A stretch of 64,000 nucleotides of DNA, taken from NCBI GenBank assembly GCA_016789725.1, contig JAEUQN010000002.1, positions 24,035 through 88,034 of the forward strand, in the 5' to 3' direction. Position numbers and translations under genes: made by a program. Positions 18,973 to 30,428 of the stretch are shown piece after piece. Source of the stretch: Blastocatellia bacterium. GTDB taxonomy: Bacteria > Acidobacteriota > Blastocatellia > RBC074. The notes under the pieces are model-generated. The model was given only the letters and a program-made list of their open reading frames with translations, was not told the origin of the DNA and did not search any database. Position 1 is the first letter of the stretch. The number at the start of each line of letters is the position of its first letter.

Positions 18973-19321
18973 TGATGTACTCCTCTGAGAATGACCGTAA
19001 CGCATTAGGTTACGGCGGAACTTACTGCGAAAATAAACCCTAGACCTAGACTGTCCAGAATACAGTTTCACAGCCTTTTCAAATTTGTAATAACAAGTTC
19101 GAGGATTGTATTTTCAGCCCAGCGGTGCCGACTGAGTCTGCCATCGTGTGGAATTTTAGGGTGATGGCAATTGTGATTCTTAATTGATCTCGTCAGCTTA
19201 CCGCGAATTATTGCCAGTGGTTTGACCAACTGTCAAGGGAGCGAGTATGCTTGCGGTCTTGGTGCCCTAGAATTTTACGTTTATTTAATCCATCACTTTT
19301 CACTCGCTTTCGGAGGACTTT

Positions 19322-20677
<1,356 letters not shown>

Positions 20678-20708
20678 CGATTGTTAGGTCCGCCTGTTTG
20701 CAAGAAAG

Positions 20709-20755
20709 AAAGCTCTTTGATGGCAAGTTGTCGTGCGGTCAAAGAGCTTTTTCCT
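20709..20755 (+). terminator. rho-independent terminator
   Basis: 12-bp perfect stem AAAGCTCTTTGA (20709-20720) / TCAAAGAGCTTT (20739-20750) followed by TT. Confidence 0.7.
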
Positions 20756-20832
20756 TTGCTTGCTTACTCCAACTTGCTACACTGCCTCGTCTAGTAACCT
20801 GAATCCCCTCGCCCCGATCCAGTTGAAGTCTT

Positions 20833-22119
20833 ATGCCTAGTCCAGTTGTAACTGCTATTCGCAGCGGCTCCGCGCCTGCGCCTGCAAAAATGGCAGCGGC
20901 GAGGGCTGCTTTACCCTTGCCGCCCGAAGATATGCTCGAAGTCCTCGTCGTGCTCGCTCAGGATGAAGATGCCGAACTCAGCGCGACCGCCACGAAGTCG
21001 CTCAACGAATTCGATACAGAGCGAATGAGACAGGTCGTGTCACTCAAAGAAACAGCGCGCGATGTCTTGCAACACCTTTGTACGTGGCGTGGCGGCAAGC
21101 GGGAAGTGTATGAGGCGTTGATCCTGAATGATGCGACCCCGGATCAAGGCATCACCGAACTGGGGCGTTGGAACAAGGATGGTTCAGTGCTGGAACTCAT
21201 TGCAATCAATCAGGAGCGCATGATTCGTTATCCCGACATCATCAGCGCGCTGATTGAAAACAAGGCCAGCACACCCGAAGCCGTGCGACGCGCGACCGAA
21301 GTCCGCGTTGAATTCTTCGAGAAAGAGCTTGGGGCAAAACGCATTGAAGAAGAACGTCGCGCCCGCGCCGCCGCCGCTTCCGCAGCCCTTGGTTTGCGCT
21401 ACGTCGAAGAATCATTGGTCGAGTTGATTGATGAAGATATTTCCGCCGAAGACTTAAAGCTGGAAACGGCTCTCGGCAAAGATGATGATCCGAAGATCGG
21501 GCCGGAATTTCTCAAAGCAATTCGGGATGAAGTTCAGCGCGTACAGGCCGAGCCGGAGCCTGTCAGAGAGTCGCCCGTGAGCGATCCAACCAATGCTGTG
21601 GCCGAAACGCCAACAGAACCAATGGCAGATGTTGATCTGCAAACTCAACAGGCCGTCAACGAAATTCTCAACCAGATGAAAGCCGATGGCGAAGAAGCGA
21701 CGCCGGAACGATTGACCATTATGCAAAAGATTGCGCGGATGACGACCAAAGCGCGCGTGCAATTGGCACTCAAAGGCAACCGCGAGGCCCGCAACATTCT
21801 GCGCCGCGATTCCAGCAAATCCGTGATCCTCGGCGTGCTGGGCAATTCGCGCATCACCGAGTCCGAGGTCGAAGCGATTTCGGCGATGAAGACCTTACCC
21901 GAAGAAGCCTTGCGTTTGATCGCGCTCAATCGCCAATGGATTCGCAATTACCCAATTGTCCACAACCTTGTGCGCAATGCGCGTACGCCTGTCGCAACGA
22001 GTTTGCCGCTTTTAAATCGCCTATTTCCGAAGGACCTCAAAGGCGTGGCTGGCAATCGCAATGTGCCGGAAGTTTTGCGTAAACAAGCCGACCGTTTGGC
22101 GAAGGCGAAGAAGATTTAG
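20833..22119 (+). CDS. conserved-looking hypothetical protein (alpha-helical, acidic central linker)
   Basis: A 428-aa ORF with good coding character. It has helical repeat-like termini (LEVLVVLAQDEDAELSATATKSLNEF; RITESEVEAISAMKTLPEEALRLIALNRQWIRNYPIVHNLVRNARTP). No family name recognised. Confidence 0.6.
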   Translation: MPSPVVTAIRSGSAPAPAKMAAARAALPLPPEDMLEVLVVLAQDEDAELSATATKSLNEFDTERMRQVVSLKETARDVLQHLCTWRGGKREVYEALILNDATPDQGITELGRWNKDGSVLELIAINQERMIRYPDIISALIENKASTPEAVRRATEVRVEFFEKELGAKRIEEERRARAAAASAALGLRYVEESLVELIDEDISAEDLKLETALGKDDDPKIGPEFLKAIRDEVQRVQAEPEPVRESPVSDPTNAVAETPTEPMADVDLQTQQAVNEILNQMKADGEEATPERLTIMQKIARMTTKARVQLALKGNREARNILRRDSSKSVILGVLGNSRITESEVEAISAMKTLPEEALRLIALNRQWIRNYPIVHNLVRNARTPVATSLPLLNRLFPKDLKGVAGNRNVPEVLRKQADRLAKAKKI

Positions 22120-22140
22120 AGGGGAAGTGGTAGCAGAATT

Positions 22141-24360
22141 TTAGCGGCGTGTTAGTGCTTGTAATTCGTTGAGAGCCGCTTCGAGGCGTTGAATATCGGC
22201 ATCGTTCAACTGTTTTGCGCCAAAGCGTACCTGTTGATAAAACGTCGTAATATCTATCACACTTGCCAATCCGACGTGTTGCGCAAATTCCTGAGGCGTT
22301 TGTTCGGGCGAACGCTGATGCCCGGCGCGCGCTAACGTATCCAGCATTTCCTGATAAAACGCAATTGCCGAAGCCACTGGTTCCTGTTTGATTCGTCGCC
22401 GCCACGATTGCGTGTGTTTGCGGTAAAAAACGAACCCAACGATCAACAATCCAAAAGCAAATAACGTCAGCATCGCCGGGTGCGTAAAAATTGTGGTCGC
22501 CCATCCGCTTGAACTGCGTGCTGGCAATTCCTCTCGTATGGTGTGCAGCAAATTCATCAATCGCAACTTCCAGTCAGCAATCTTGAGTGAAATCTCGCCT
22601 TGCGAATCGGACACCAGGCGCTGCATACGAAAGGCCATCGAAGCCTGTTCATTCGCGCTGAAGCCGATGACGTGTTCCAGCCAGAGCATTTCAATGGATT
22701 CGCTGAAATGTCTGAGCGTTGCTAACCAATTGTTCTCATATTGGCTTAATCCCGCCGCCGGTGTGGGATCAAACGCGAGCCAACCGTACTTTGGAAAATA
22801 CACTTCTACCCACGAATGCGCGTCGGATTGACGAACAGTATAGAAGTCGGAAATCTCGCTGTACTCGCCCATCTGAAAGCCGTTCACAAGGCGCGCGGGA
22901 ATGCCTTGTGTGCGTAACATCAACGTCATCGCCGAGGCAAAGTATTCGCAATGTCCCGCACGAACATTGAACAGAAAATCCGCAACTGGCTCGCCATCGT
23001 TGGTGCGTTTGAGGTTGAGCGTATAACTGTAATTGCTGCGCAAATGGCTTTCGATGCGGCGCGCGGCATCAATGGTCGCGGTTGCACCGTTGGTGATGCC
23101 TGCGGTTAATTGTCCGACGCGCGGATCGAAGCCTTTGGGCAATTGTGTGTAGCGCACGTGGATGTCCACTTCGTAGTCAGTGGAATTATTCTCGCGTATC
23201 TCTTTGTCGTTTGGTAAACGCGTGTCGGATTCAACCTGATAAACCAGACGATTCAGCGCGTGATTGCTCGTCCACAAGCCATCGCTTTCATCACGCCAGA
23301 GCGAGGGCAGCCCTTCCACCCATAATGGTTTGGGGGCGGCGAAGATGGTCGGTGTATCAAGCGGTTCGAGGTAAAACGTTTGCCGCGTGATTGTGGACAG
23401 GTGTTCGGCGCGCCGTGATTGGGCGGTTTCATCTACCCAAAACGTGTTGCCGCGTTTTGTGACGGGGCGCGCACCGAGTCGGCGGTTGCTGCGCAGGCTC
23501 AACGAATCGCGCCAACTGCTGCCGTCGTAAAAATCCAGCGTCACGCCGCGCCATCGCAAGCTGGAACGGTATTGATCTGGTGGTTGATTGACGCGCACAC
23601 GCATCACAAGCTTGGGATTTAATTTGAGTTGCCCGACATCGCCCAATCGAACCGTGTCGCTGAAGCCGGACAACGACGCGCCCTGCATCCAACCGGCCCC
23701 GGAGTTGCGTAGTGCCAAACGCGGCATCGCCAAAAACAGCGGCGTGGCAAGCAACAGAATGACAATGAGAGACACGGTGGCAAAGAGCGTGACACTGCGC
23801 CAACGTGGTTGCGCGAGCGGTTTTCTCAGTGTGGGTGTTTCGCGCCAAAATTCAAATTCGCTGATTTCCTGCGGTTGTTGTGATTCCTCCAGGACTTGCT
23901 GTGCGCGCCGCATTTCAAAACTCACGAGCGTCGAAATTGCGCTAAACAAGAACATGATCAAGAGCCCAAAGAAGGTCGTGTCAATCATCATGCCAGCGGC
24001 CAACAACATCTGGAAAAACGCGACAACGTACAGCCACAACCAATCCCGGCTGCGCTTGGCCTGAATCAACTTCATCCCGGAGGCAAAAAAAATGAAATGC
24101 ACCAACGCAACAATGGGCGGCGTTTGCAATACTAACCAATCAACAAACGGGAATGGCAAAAACACCAGCATCAACACGCTCACGAGCGTCGTTGGAAGTT
24201 GCCATTTGATCCTCCCAGCGTCTACTTGCCACCCAAATAACAACACGCCACTGAACAATAGAATCGAAGGCCAATCCAATTGTCGCGTCGCCACCAGCAT
24301 CAAAAAGCTGGTCGTTAGCAACGTGTACGAAGAAAGTCTGAAGTAGCGTTCGAGCGTCAT
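22141..24360 (-). CDS. transglutaminase-like membrane protein (TgpA-type architecture)
   Basis: Six or more N-terminal TM helices. Transglutaminase core with the Cys-His-Asp triad context (RAGHCEYFASAMTLMLR, DAHSWVEVYF, FDPTP). One further TM helix and a helical tail follow. Confidence 0.88.
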   Translation of the reverse strand: MTLERYFRLSSYTLLTTSFLMLVATRQLDWPSILLFSGVLLFGWQVDAGRIKWQLPTTLVSVLMLVFLPFPFVDWLVLQTPPIVALVHFIFFASGMKLIQAKRSRDWLWLYVVAFFQMLLAAGMMIDTTFFGLLIMFLFSAISTLVSFEMRRAQQVLEESQQPQEISEFEFWRETPTLRKPLAQPRWRSVTLFATVSLIVILLLATPLFLAMPRLALRNSGAGWMQGASLSGFSDTVRLGDVGQLKLNPKLVMRVRVNQPPDQYRSSLRWRGVTLDFYDGSSWRDSLSLRSNRRLGARPVTKRGNTFWVDETAQSRRAEHLSTITRQTFYLEPLDTPTIFAAPKPLWVEGLPSLWRDESDGLWTSNHALNRLVYQVESDTRLPNDKEIRENNSTDYEVDIHVRYTQLPKGFDPRVGQLTAGITNGATATIDAARRIESHLRSNYSYTLNLKRTNDGEPVADFLFNVRAGHCEYFASAMTLMLRTQGIPARLVNGFQMGEYSEISDFYTVRQSDAHSWVEVYFPKYGWLAFDPTPAAGLSQYENNWLATLRHFSESIEMLWLEHVIGFSANEQASMAFRMQRLVSDSQGEISLKIADWKLRLMNLLHTIREELPARSSSGWATTIFTHPAMLTLFAFGLLIVGFVFYRKHTQSWRRRIKQEPVASAIAFYQEMLDTLARAGHQRSPEQTPQEFAQHVGLASVIDITTFYQQVRFGAKQLNDADIQRLEAALNELQALTRR

Positions 24361-24505
24361 GTCTTACAAATCGAAACCAAGGGCAAAAGGGGCCCACATT
24401 CTACTGCAATTGCCAGGAAGGGATGAACAATTCCTGGGCAAAAAAACTTATGGCTCGCTGTTCATCTTCGTGGTCGGCGATGCGATGTGATGCGGATTAT
24501 TCGGC

Positions 24506-25117
24506 TCATCGTTTACGAACTGGGCGTTTGGCGGGAGCCGCTTGGGGTGGTGTTGGCTCCGGGTTTTTCATCTCGGCTTCAAGGGCTTTGGAAACGCTGG
24601 CAAACGCGGCTTCCAGATCGCCCGACAATAACAACCGCCAAGTGTCGCCGGATTTTTTCAGCGACATCACTTCTACTTTGGCGAAGGGGGCATCTGCCAG
24701 TTTGAGTTCTGTTCGATAAACGACGTGCATAATGTCGGGGGCTTCAGGGACTTTGCCAATCACGCTGGATTGTGCCTGACTGAGAATGTCTTTTATTTGC
24801 GGCGTCGAAGCCGTCAGCATCACAATCATCCGCTCAAATACAGCGGAGGGACTGAGCTGTTCGAACTCTGCGTTGTTTTTCAATCCAAAAAGCTGTTTGC
24901 CCGCTTCGTCTTTTTTGTCGAGTTTGAGGATTTCAGCAAAAGTCCGTTTGAGCGACCCCAACGCCTCAGGATGCAAATACGTTGCAGCTTTTGCCCAATC
25001 ACTGGCTTGCGACGCCGCGATATAGGCTTTGGCGATGGCTTCAGGCGTTTCTTCCTGCGCCATAACGGGCAGGCAGAAAGCAAAGAGAAGTAAAAAAATA
25101 GACGTTACTTTTCTCAT
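24506..25117 (-). CDS. secreted hypothetical protein
   Basis: I placed the start at ATG 25117 (MRKVTSIFLLLFAFCLPVMAQEE signal peptide), immediately after the stop of the upstream gene at 25119. No family recognised. Confidence 0.6.
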   Translation of the reverse strand: MRKVTSIFLLLFAFCLPVMAQEETPEAIAKAYIAASQASDWAKAATYLHPEALGSLKRTFAEILKLDKKDEAGKQLFGLKNNAEFEQLSPSAVFERMIVMLTASTPQIKDILSQAQSSVIGKVPEAPDIMHVVYRTELKLADAPFAKVEVMSLKKSGDTWRLLLSGDLEAAFASVSKALEAEMKNPEPTPPQAAPAKRPVRKR

Positions 25118-25118
25118 T

Positions 25119-26018
25119 TCAGATTTTCCCTTTTGATTCGTTGTTTGTTGGCAAGTGCGTGCTGATGAATTCCACAACCGTATCAAGGTAGCCGTTCTGG
25201 CTTGGCAACCAATGCGAGCCGTTTGGAACAATCAATAGTTTCTTCGGCTCGTTAGCAGCGGCAAAGACCTTATGGCCTTGTTCTGTCGGGATGATCTCAT
25301 CGGCGTCGCCGTGTGTGATGAGGACGGGGCAGTTCACGCTGGCGATTTTTTGCGCGGATTCAAAACGATTCTTGAGAATCCAGTGTAGTCGGCGCGGAAT
25401 GATCGGCAAGGTGGCTGCGGCCATATCGCTGGCAGAACTGAGAGGAGCTTCCAACACCAAAACGCCACAAGGCTTTCGTGCCGCCAAATCCGTTGACACG
25501 GTTGTGCCAAGCGACAACCCATAAATCGCCAGCTTCTCAATCTTCACACCGCGTGTCTTCGTCAAAAAGTCATACGCCGCATCAACGTCAGCGTAGAGTT
25601 CAGTTTCGCTTGGCGCAGAGCCTTCGCTGCGACCATAGCCACGATAGTCATAAACCAATACATCCATTCCGCGTTTGGCTAAATCCAGTGCGACGCCTTT
25701 GAAATAAGTGATATTGCCGCCGTTGCCGTGGGAATATAACACCGTGCTTTTGGCCGATGGTTGTTGTGCTCGTAAAAACCATCCGTGTAACTTCACGCCG
25801 TCCGTAGTTGTGAACCACACGTCTTCGGCGTTGGCGGGCAATGTCCATTCCGCGCTGCCGTCATAGCTGACCGGATGATGCGTCATCTTCCATTCCAGCA
25901 AACGAATCCAACCGAAGAACAACACGGGGAACAGCGGTAAATACACCGCTAATCGCACGGCGCGCGGGCGTGCAAAGAAGCCAGATTTTTTGGGAGACGG
26001 ATCGAAAAGCGTTTCCAT
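25119..26018 (-). CDS. alpha/beta hydrolase (serine hydrolase) with N-terminal membrane anchor
   Basis: Oxyanion HGNGGN, nucleophile elbow YGLSLG, and distal ITHGDADEIIP with NGSHW. The start is uncertain (26018, 26120 or 26132). Confidence 0.8.
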   Translation of the reverse strand: METLFDPSPKKSGFFARPRAVRLAVYLPLFPVLFFGWIRLLEWKMTHHPVSYDGSAEWTLPANAEDVWFTTTDGVKLHGWFLRAQQPSAKSTVLYSHGNGGNITYFKGVALDLAKRGMDVLVYDYRGYGRSEGSAPSETELYADVDAAYDFLTKTRGVKIEKLAIYGLSLGTTVSTDLAARKPCGVLVLEAPLSSASDMAAATLPIIPRRLHWILKNRFESAQKIASVNCPVLITHGDADEIIPTEQGHKVFAAANEPKKLLIVPNGSHWLPSQNGYLDTVVEFISTHLPTNNESKGKI

Positions 26019-26181
26019 AGCGGCTGCAAAATTCGGGGGGCGGGCAAGGCGAAGTATACGCCGAGCTGCGTGGTAAAGTAAATTCAAGGTGCGCCCTGCC
26101 CATTTGTTGCAGTCCTTCATTTGGGCGTACAATTACGCTGCTTTTGTACCCTTTATTCAACCATCAACAAGGAGCTATCAC

Positions 26182-27060
26182 ATGCCTGATTTGACTCGTA
26201 GAGACTGGAACAAACTCATGCTTGGCAGCGTCGCCGCGACTGTTTTGCCAAGCCATCATCTCTTCGCCGCTGCCAAGCCGAATTCAAGATTTATGGGCGT
26301 GCAAATCGGCGCGCAAAGTTACAGCTTTCGGGATCGGTCACTGGACGACGCGATCAAAGGCTATGTCGAAGTCGGCCTCAGCAGTTGCGAAATGTGGTCG
26401 GGCCACATTGAGCCAAAGGGCTTGAAACCAGATGACCTCCGCAAATGGCGCTTGAACGTTTCACTCGACGAATTTAAAGCCGTGCGCAAAAAATTCGATG
26501 TGGCGGGCATTCAGCTTTATGCCTTTAATTACAGCTTCCGCGAAAATTTTACTGACGAAGAAATCGAACGTGGCTTCAAAATCGCACAGGCAATGGGCGT
26601 GAAGGTTATCACCGCATCCTCCAATGTTTCGACTGCCAAGCGGGTTGATCCATTTGCAAAGAAATACAAAATCCGCGTCGGGATGCACAACCACTCAAGA
26701 ATTGTTGCGAACGAATTTGCGACGCCAGATGATTTTGCAAACGCGATGAGCGGGATGTCCGAATATATCTGCATCAACCTGGATATAGGTCATTTCACCG
26801 CTGCGAATTTCGACCCCGTTGATTATTTGGGCAAACATCACGACCGCATTGTGACCTTACACATCAAAGATCGTAAGAAAAACCAGGGCGATAACGTGGT
26901 TTTTGGCGAAGGTGACACTCCGATCAAACCTGTGCTGGAGCTACTTAAGAAAAACAAATGGAAAATTCCGGCCAACATCGAATACGAATACAAAGGTGCG
27001 GATACCGTTGCGGAAATGAAGAAATGTCTGGCTTATTGCAAGCAGGCATTGGGGGCCTAG
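26182..27060 (+). CDS. xylose-isomerase-like TIM-barrel protein (sugar phosphate isomerase/epimerase family) with TAT-type signal
   Basis: ATG 26182 sits behind AAGGAG. The N-terminus MPDLTRRDWNKLMLGSVAATVLP is TAT-like. The body has the family pattern (VGMHNH, NLDIGH, LHIKD). Confidence 0.8.
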   Translation: MPDLTRRDWNKLMLGSVAATVLPSHHLFAAAKPNSRFMGVQIGAQSYSFRDRSLDDAIKGYVEVGLSSCEMWSGHIEPKGLKPDDLRKWRLNVSLDEFKAVRKKFDVAGIQLYAFNYSFRENFTDEEIERGFKIAQAMGVKVITASSNVSTAKRVDPFAKKYKIRVGMHNHSRIVANEFATPDDFANAMSGMSEYICINLDIGHFTAANFDPVDYLGKHHDRIVTLHIKDRKKNQGDNVVFGEGDTPIKPVLELLKKNKWKIPANIEYEYKGADTVAEMKKCLAYCKQALGA

Positions 27061-27330
27061 CGTTCAGCCCTGATAAGCGCGATAAAAGAAAAGTCTTAAC
27101 GATCACAGTAGTTTAGGTGAAGTCGCTAAAGAAAAAAGAAGAAGTCAGCCAAGCTAATTGAGGATTTTAGGTGAAAAGCAGGCTGACTTCACTTTCTTTA
27201 TGTGGAAAACCTGTGGAAAACGCTGCGGATGGTTTCACGGCGACAAGAGCGATAAGTGGTTAAAATATTGATAGCAAGGGTTTTATCTTCGCTGCGGGTG
27301 ATTGGGCGAGGTTTTCCAAGCTGTGGAAAT

Positions 27331-28281
27331 TCAATTTTTATCGCCAACCTGTTTGCTTGTGATTTGAATCAGTGTTTGGGCATTGCGTCGTAACCCTGAA
27401 ACCTTTGCGCGCTTGATGGCGCTGCCGCGAAAGCGTGTGGAAAATTCTTCTTGCGACATTGTCAGAAGGTTTTGGAGATTGATTTCTATAATGCCGGGGC
27501 GAGGCGCAAAACGAGTCTCTTCGGTTGGTTTTGAGAATCGTGACCAGGGACAGACGTCCTGGCAAATATCACAACCAAAAACCCAGCCTTCTAATTTTTC
27601 GCGCATTGCTTCGGGCAATTCTTCGCTACGCAATTCAATGGTGCCGTAAGAAATGCAGCGCGTGGCGTCCAGTTTGTACGGCGCTACAATCGCCTGGGTC
27701 GGACAGGCATCAATACAGGCAGTGCATTTGCCACAGTGATCTTTTTCGATGAAGCTGTCATATTCCAACTCGACCGAAACCAATATTTCGCCTAAAAAGA
27801 CCCACGATCCAAATTCGCGCGTAATCACATTCGTATGTTTACCAAGCCAGCCAAGGCCGGCGCGCACGGCCCACGCTTTGTCCATGATTGGTGCCGTGTC
27901 TACGCAAATTTTGGCTTCAATGTCGGGCACTTGTTCCAGCATCCACGCGCGCAGAGATTTAAGCTTCTCCTGCAACACATCGTGATAATCATCTCCCCAG
28001 GCATACCGCGATATTTTGGCGGTTTCCGGCTGTTTTTCGGGACGATAATAATTCAACGCGACACAGATGATAGATTTGGCAGAGGGGAGAAGCAGGCGCG
28101 GGTCGCTACGTTTTTCGGGGTCCCGTGCAAGGTAGTGCATTGTCCCGTGAAAGTTTTGCGCCAGCCATTCCTGAAGTCGCGCGCCTTCTTCTGTCAGCGC
28201 GGTGGCGGGTACGATGCCAATTTTTGGGAAACCCAGGTCGCGCGCCTTTTGCTTGATGTCTTCAGATCGTAACAGGTTCAT
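27331..28281 (-). CDS. queG: tRNA epoxyqueuosine(34) reductase
   Basis: Two ferredoxin-type clusters (CGKCTACIDACP, CDICQDVCPWSRF). The N-terminal region is typical of QueG (KARDLGFPKIGIV, HGTMHYL). Confidence 0.9.
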   Translation of the reverse strand: MNLLRSEDIKQKARDLGFPKIGIVPATALTEEGARLQEWLAQNFHGTMHYLARDPEKRSDPRLLLPSAKSIICVALNYYRPEKQPETAKISRYAWGDDYHDVLQEKLKSLRAWMLEQVPDIEAKICVDTAPIMDKAWAVRAGLGWLGKHTNVITREFGSWVFLGEILVSVELEYDSFIEKDHCGKCTACIDACPTQAIVAPYKLDATRCISYGTIELRSEELPEAMREKLEGWVFGCDICQDVCPWSRFSKPTEETRFAPRPGIIEINLQNLLTMSQEEFSTRFRGSAIKRAKVSGLRRNAQTLIQITSKQVGDKN

Positions 28282-28320
28282 TGAGCGACATTCTTACCGC
28301 TCAGAAGCGTGCTCGCAAGG

Positions 28321-30339
28321 TCAATTGACAAAGACGTCATCTTTAGAGACAAACCCCACGGTGGTCCCTTTAAGATTGACGAGCATGATTCGTTGTGCGC
28401 CCTGTCCTTGTCCGTAAGTAAATATTTCTCGCAACTTCACTTTTTGTTCGCTCGCCGCTAGTTCCAGCCACTGTTGTGTCACCAGGCAAATCATCAAATC
28501 CTGATGGAGTTTGACCTCGGTGAAGAACGCTCCGTGTGGCATTTGGCTTCGATCCAGTCGAGTGACATCGGTATCGTCTTTAGCCTCTTGTTTACGGCTC
28601 CGCAAAAAATTTGTCCCAAGGGCGACGGCTAACAGGATAATGATGGCGACCACCAACCATTTCCGCAAATTGTTTTGAGAGCCAGGTTTCAGACGCCTGG
28701 TCTTTTCAGGTGTGAGCGGCGCTTCTTGTACGCGAGATGGGGAGGCGTGTATTTCTGTGGGCGCAACCGTGTCGGAGGCCTCAGTTGTCGTTCGCCGTAC
28801 GATAGCGGATTGCAGACGCAGCCGTACAGTCATGAGCTGGTTGTATACTTGCAGTAAGACCTCGTAGTTGGCGTTTTGCTCATGCTTGGCTGTAACCTTG
28901 ATATAGTCCCGCACTTTATCCGACAACTCTCCCAATTGATCGAAAAGTTTTTCTATACGGGCTTCGATATCTGCACTGGGATCACAATCTTTTCCCAACT
29001 CCATCTGGACGATTTGGTCAGCCTGGAAGATCAACCCCAGCGTTGCGCGCCGGATCTTTCCTTCACCCTCTAATTCTGTGTGATCGCCATCTGGCAGAGG
29101 GGAGAGAAAGCTGTGCAAATCCAGTTTGCGAGTTTCGGCAGAAGCGTGGAGATAGGCTGTCACCAGTAATTGATTTTCTGGATCGGCGGCGAGCGCCTGT
29201 AGTTGTTCGTCCATTTCGACAGCTACTTCTGGCTCCAGACTAACTACAGATTCTGGCAATGTCTCAGGCGATGGATGAAATCCGTTTGCAAATGGCACTA
29301 ATAATGAAGGGTTGGAAAGAGTTGCCTCTCTTTCAATGACTGGAGGAGAGATTTGCAGCAGGTGTGTAAGTCGTGAAACGCGTTCTTGCGCTAGGTTGTC
29401 ATTTTGCGCATGGGTTTGCAATTCGCGCAGGATTGAGGAAATTTCGTCCGGTTCGTTGGAGTAAGTGTCGCTGAAGGCGTTGGTCAGAGATTGCAATGAC
29501 GGCGAAGCCGCTTGCAGCTCCGCACTTTCAATTTCGAGCAGGGTCAAAAAGCGATTATTAATGATGACATTGGATTCAACCGATGCTGCTGTCACTTCGG
29601 GCAGATAGAGCAATGATCCAACCTGTGTTTTCAAATCACGGACGCGTTGAAAAAAAGTCCGGTTCACCAATTCCTCGAAGCGGTTAATTTGTTTCGCTTC
29701 GGCAATAAATTCGTCGAATTGCTGGATACTTTGGCTGATCCGATGGGCGTCCGCCGGATCACTCACAATTGTTTCCCCCCACGCCAAACACATTTCGGTT
29801 AATCGTTTGGCTAATTGTTCACGACTGATTCGAAGGTGACGATGGCGCGTGGAATGACCAGGGTCTATATTGCTGAACAGCCGTGTGACCACAAAATCGT
29901 ATTTGCCCCGATTGGCGTCAGTGTGCGGAAGTGCCCGATAAAAACTGGTGAGTGCCGCCAAAGCATTCAAATCCAGTGACGTTGTTTCCTCTTCACAGAA
30001 TCGCCGTAGATGATACGGCATAATCGCGGCATCGCGTGCAACCAGCACTTGAAACACGATTTCCATCTCCTGATTGACGATACATACTGCCTCTCGAATT
30101 TTGTCTTCGTCCACCCCCCGGAGGGCTATATTGAGGTCATTGATGGAGGCCACCAGCGGTGCGAAATCCAACTTGTCGGGGATACGGTTGAGCATCACAC
30201 GTTCGAGGCTGGACATCACGCGTTCGGCGGCCTGCAACGCTTTCATTTTTTCAATCGCGCGGCGCAAATAGGCCAATGCCTTTTGTGCTTGCGGTGCAAT
30301 GCTTTTGGTCGAAGCTGTAGAGGTTGCAGATGTTGTCAT
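28321..30339 (-). CDS. large hypothetical protein, single C-proximal TM helix
   Basis: A 672-aa ORF. It has about 570 aa of predicted helical cytoplasmic region, one TM helix (WLVVAIIILLAVALGTNFL), and a ~90-aa C-terminal domain. No family recognised. Confidence 0.6.
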   Translation of the reverse strand: MTTSATSTASTKSIAPQAQKALAYLRRAIEKMKALQAAERVMSSLERVMLNRIPDKLDFAPLVASINDLNIALRGVDEDKIREAVCIVNQEMEIVFQVLVARDAAIMPYHLRRFCEEETTSLDLNALAALTSFYRALPHTDANRGKYDFVVTRLFSNIDPGHSTRHRHLRISREQLAKRLTEMCLAWGETIVSDPADAHRISQSIQQFDEFIAEAKQINRFEELVNRTFFQRVRDLKTQVGSLLYLPEVTAASVESNVIINNRFLTLLEIESAELQAASPSLQSLTNAFSDTYSNEPDEISSILRELQTHAQNDNLAQERVSRLTHLLQISPPVIEREATLSNPSLLVPFANGFHPSPETLPESVVSLEPEVAVEMDEQLQALAADPENQLLVTAYLHASAETRKLDLHSFLSPLPDGDHTELEGEGKIRRATLGLIFQADQIVQMELGKDCDPSADIEARIEKLFDQLGELSDKVRDYIKVTAKHEQNANYEVLLQVYNQLMTVRLRLQSAIVRRTTTEASDTVAPTEIHASPSRVQEAPLTPEKTRRLKPGSQNNLRKWLVVAIIILLAVALGTNFLRSRKQEAKDDTDVTRLDRSQMPHGAFFTEVKLHQDLMICLVTQQWLELAASEQKVKLREIFTYGQGQGAQRIMLVNLKGTTVGFVSKDDVFVN

Positions 30340-30428
30340 ACCTTTATTCCTTCACTAAGCGCGAGGGGTTATTGGTTAGCGGGCCAGTTACAGTTGTGGT
30401 GCTTCCGTCGGCAGAAGGCGGGAACGCG

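Noticed and set aside
27200-27271. 23-codon sORF MWKTCGKRCGWFHGDKSDKWLKY in the convergent spacer
   Set aside because: There is no RBS. Its start lies in the T-tract of the preceding hairpin. Its Cys/Trp pattern is a by-product of the TGTGGAAAAC direct repeat. Too speculative to call.
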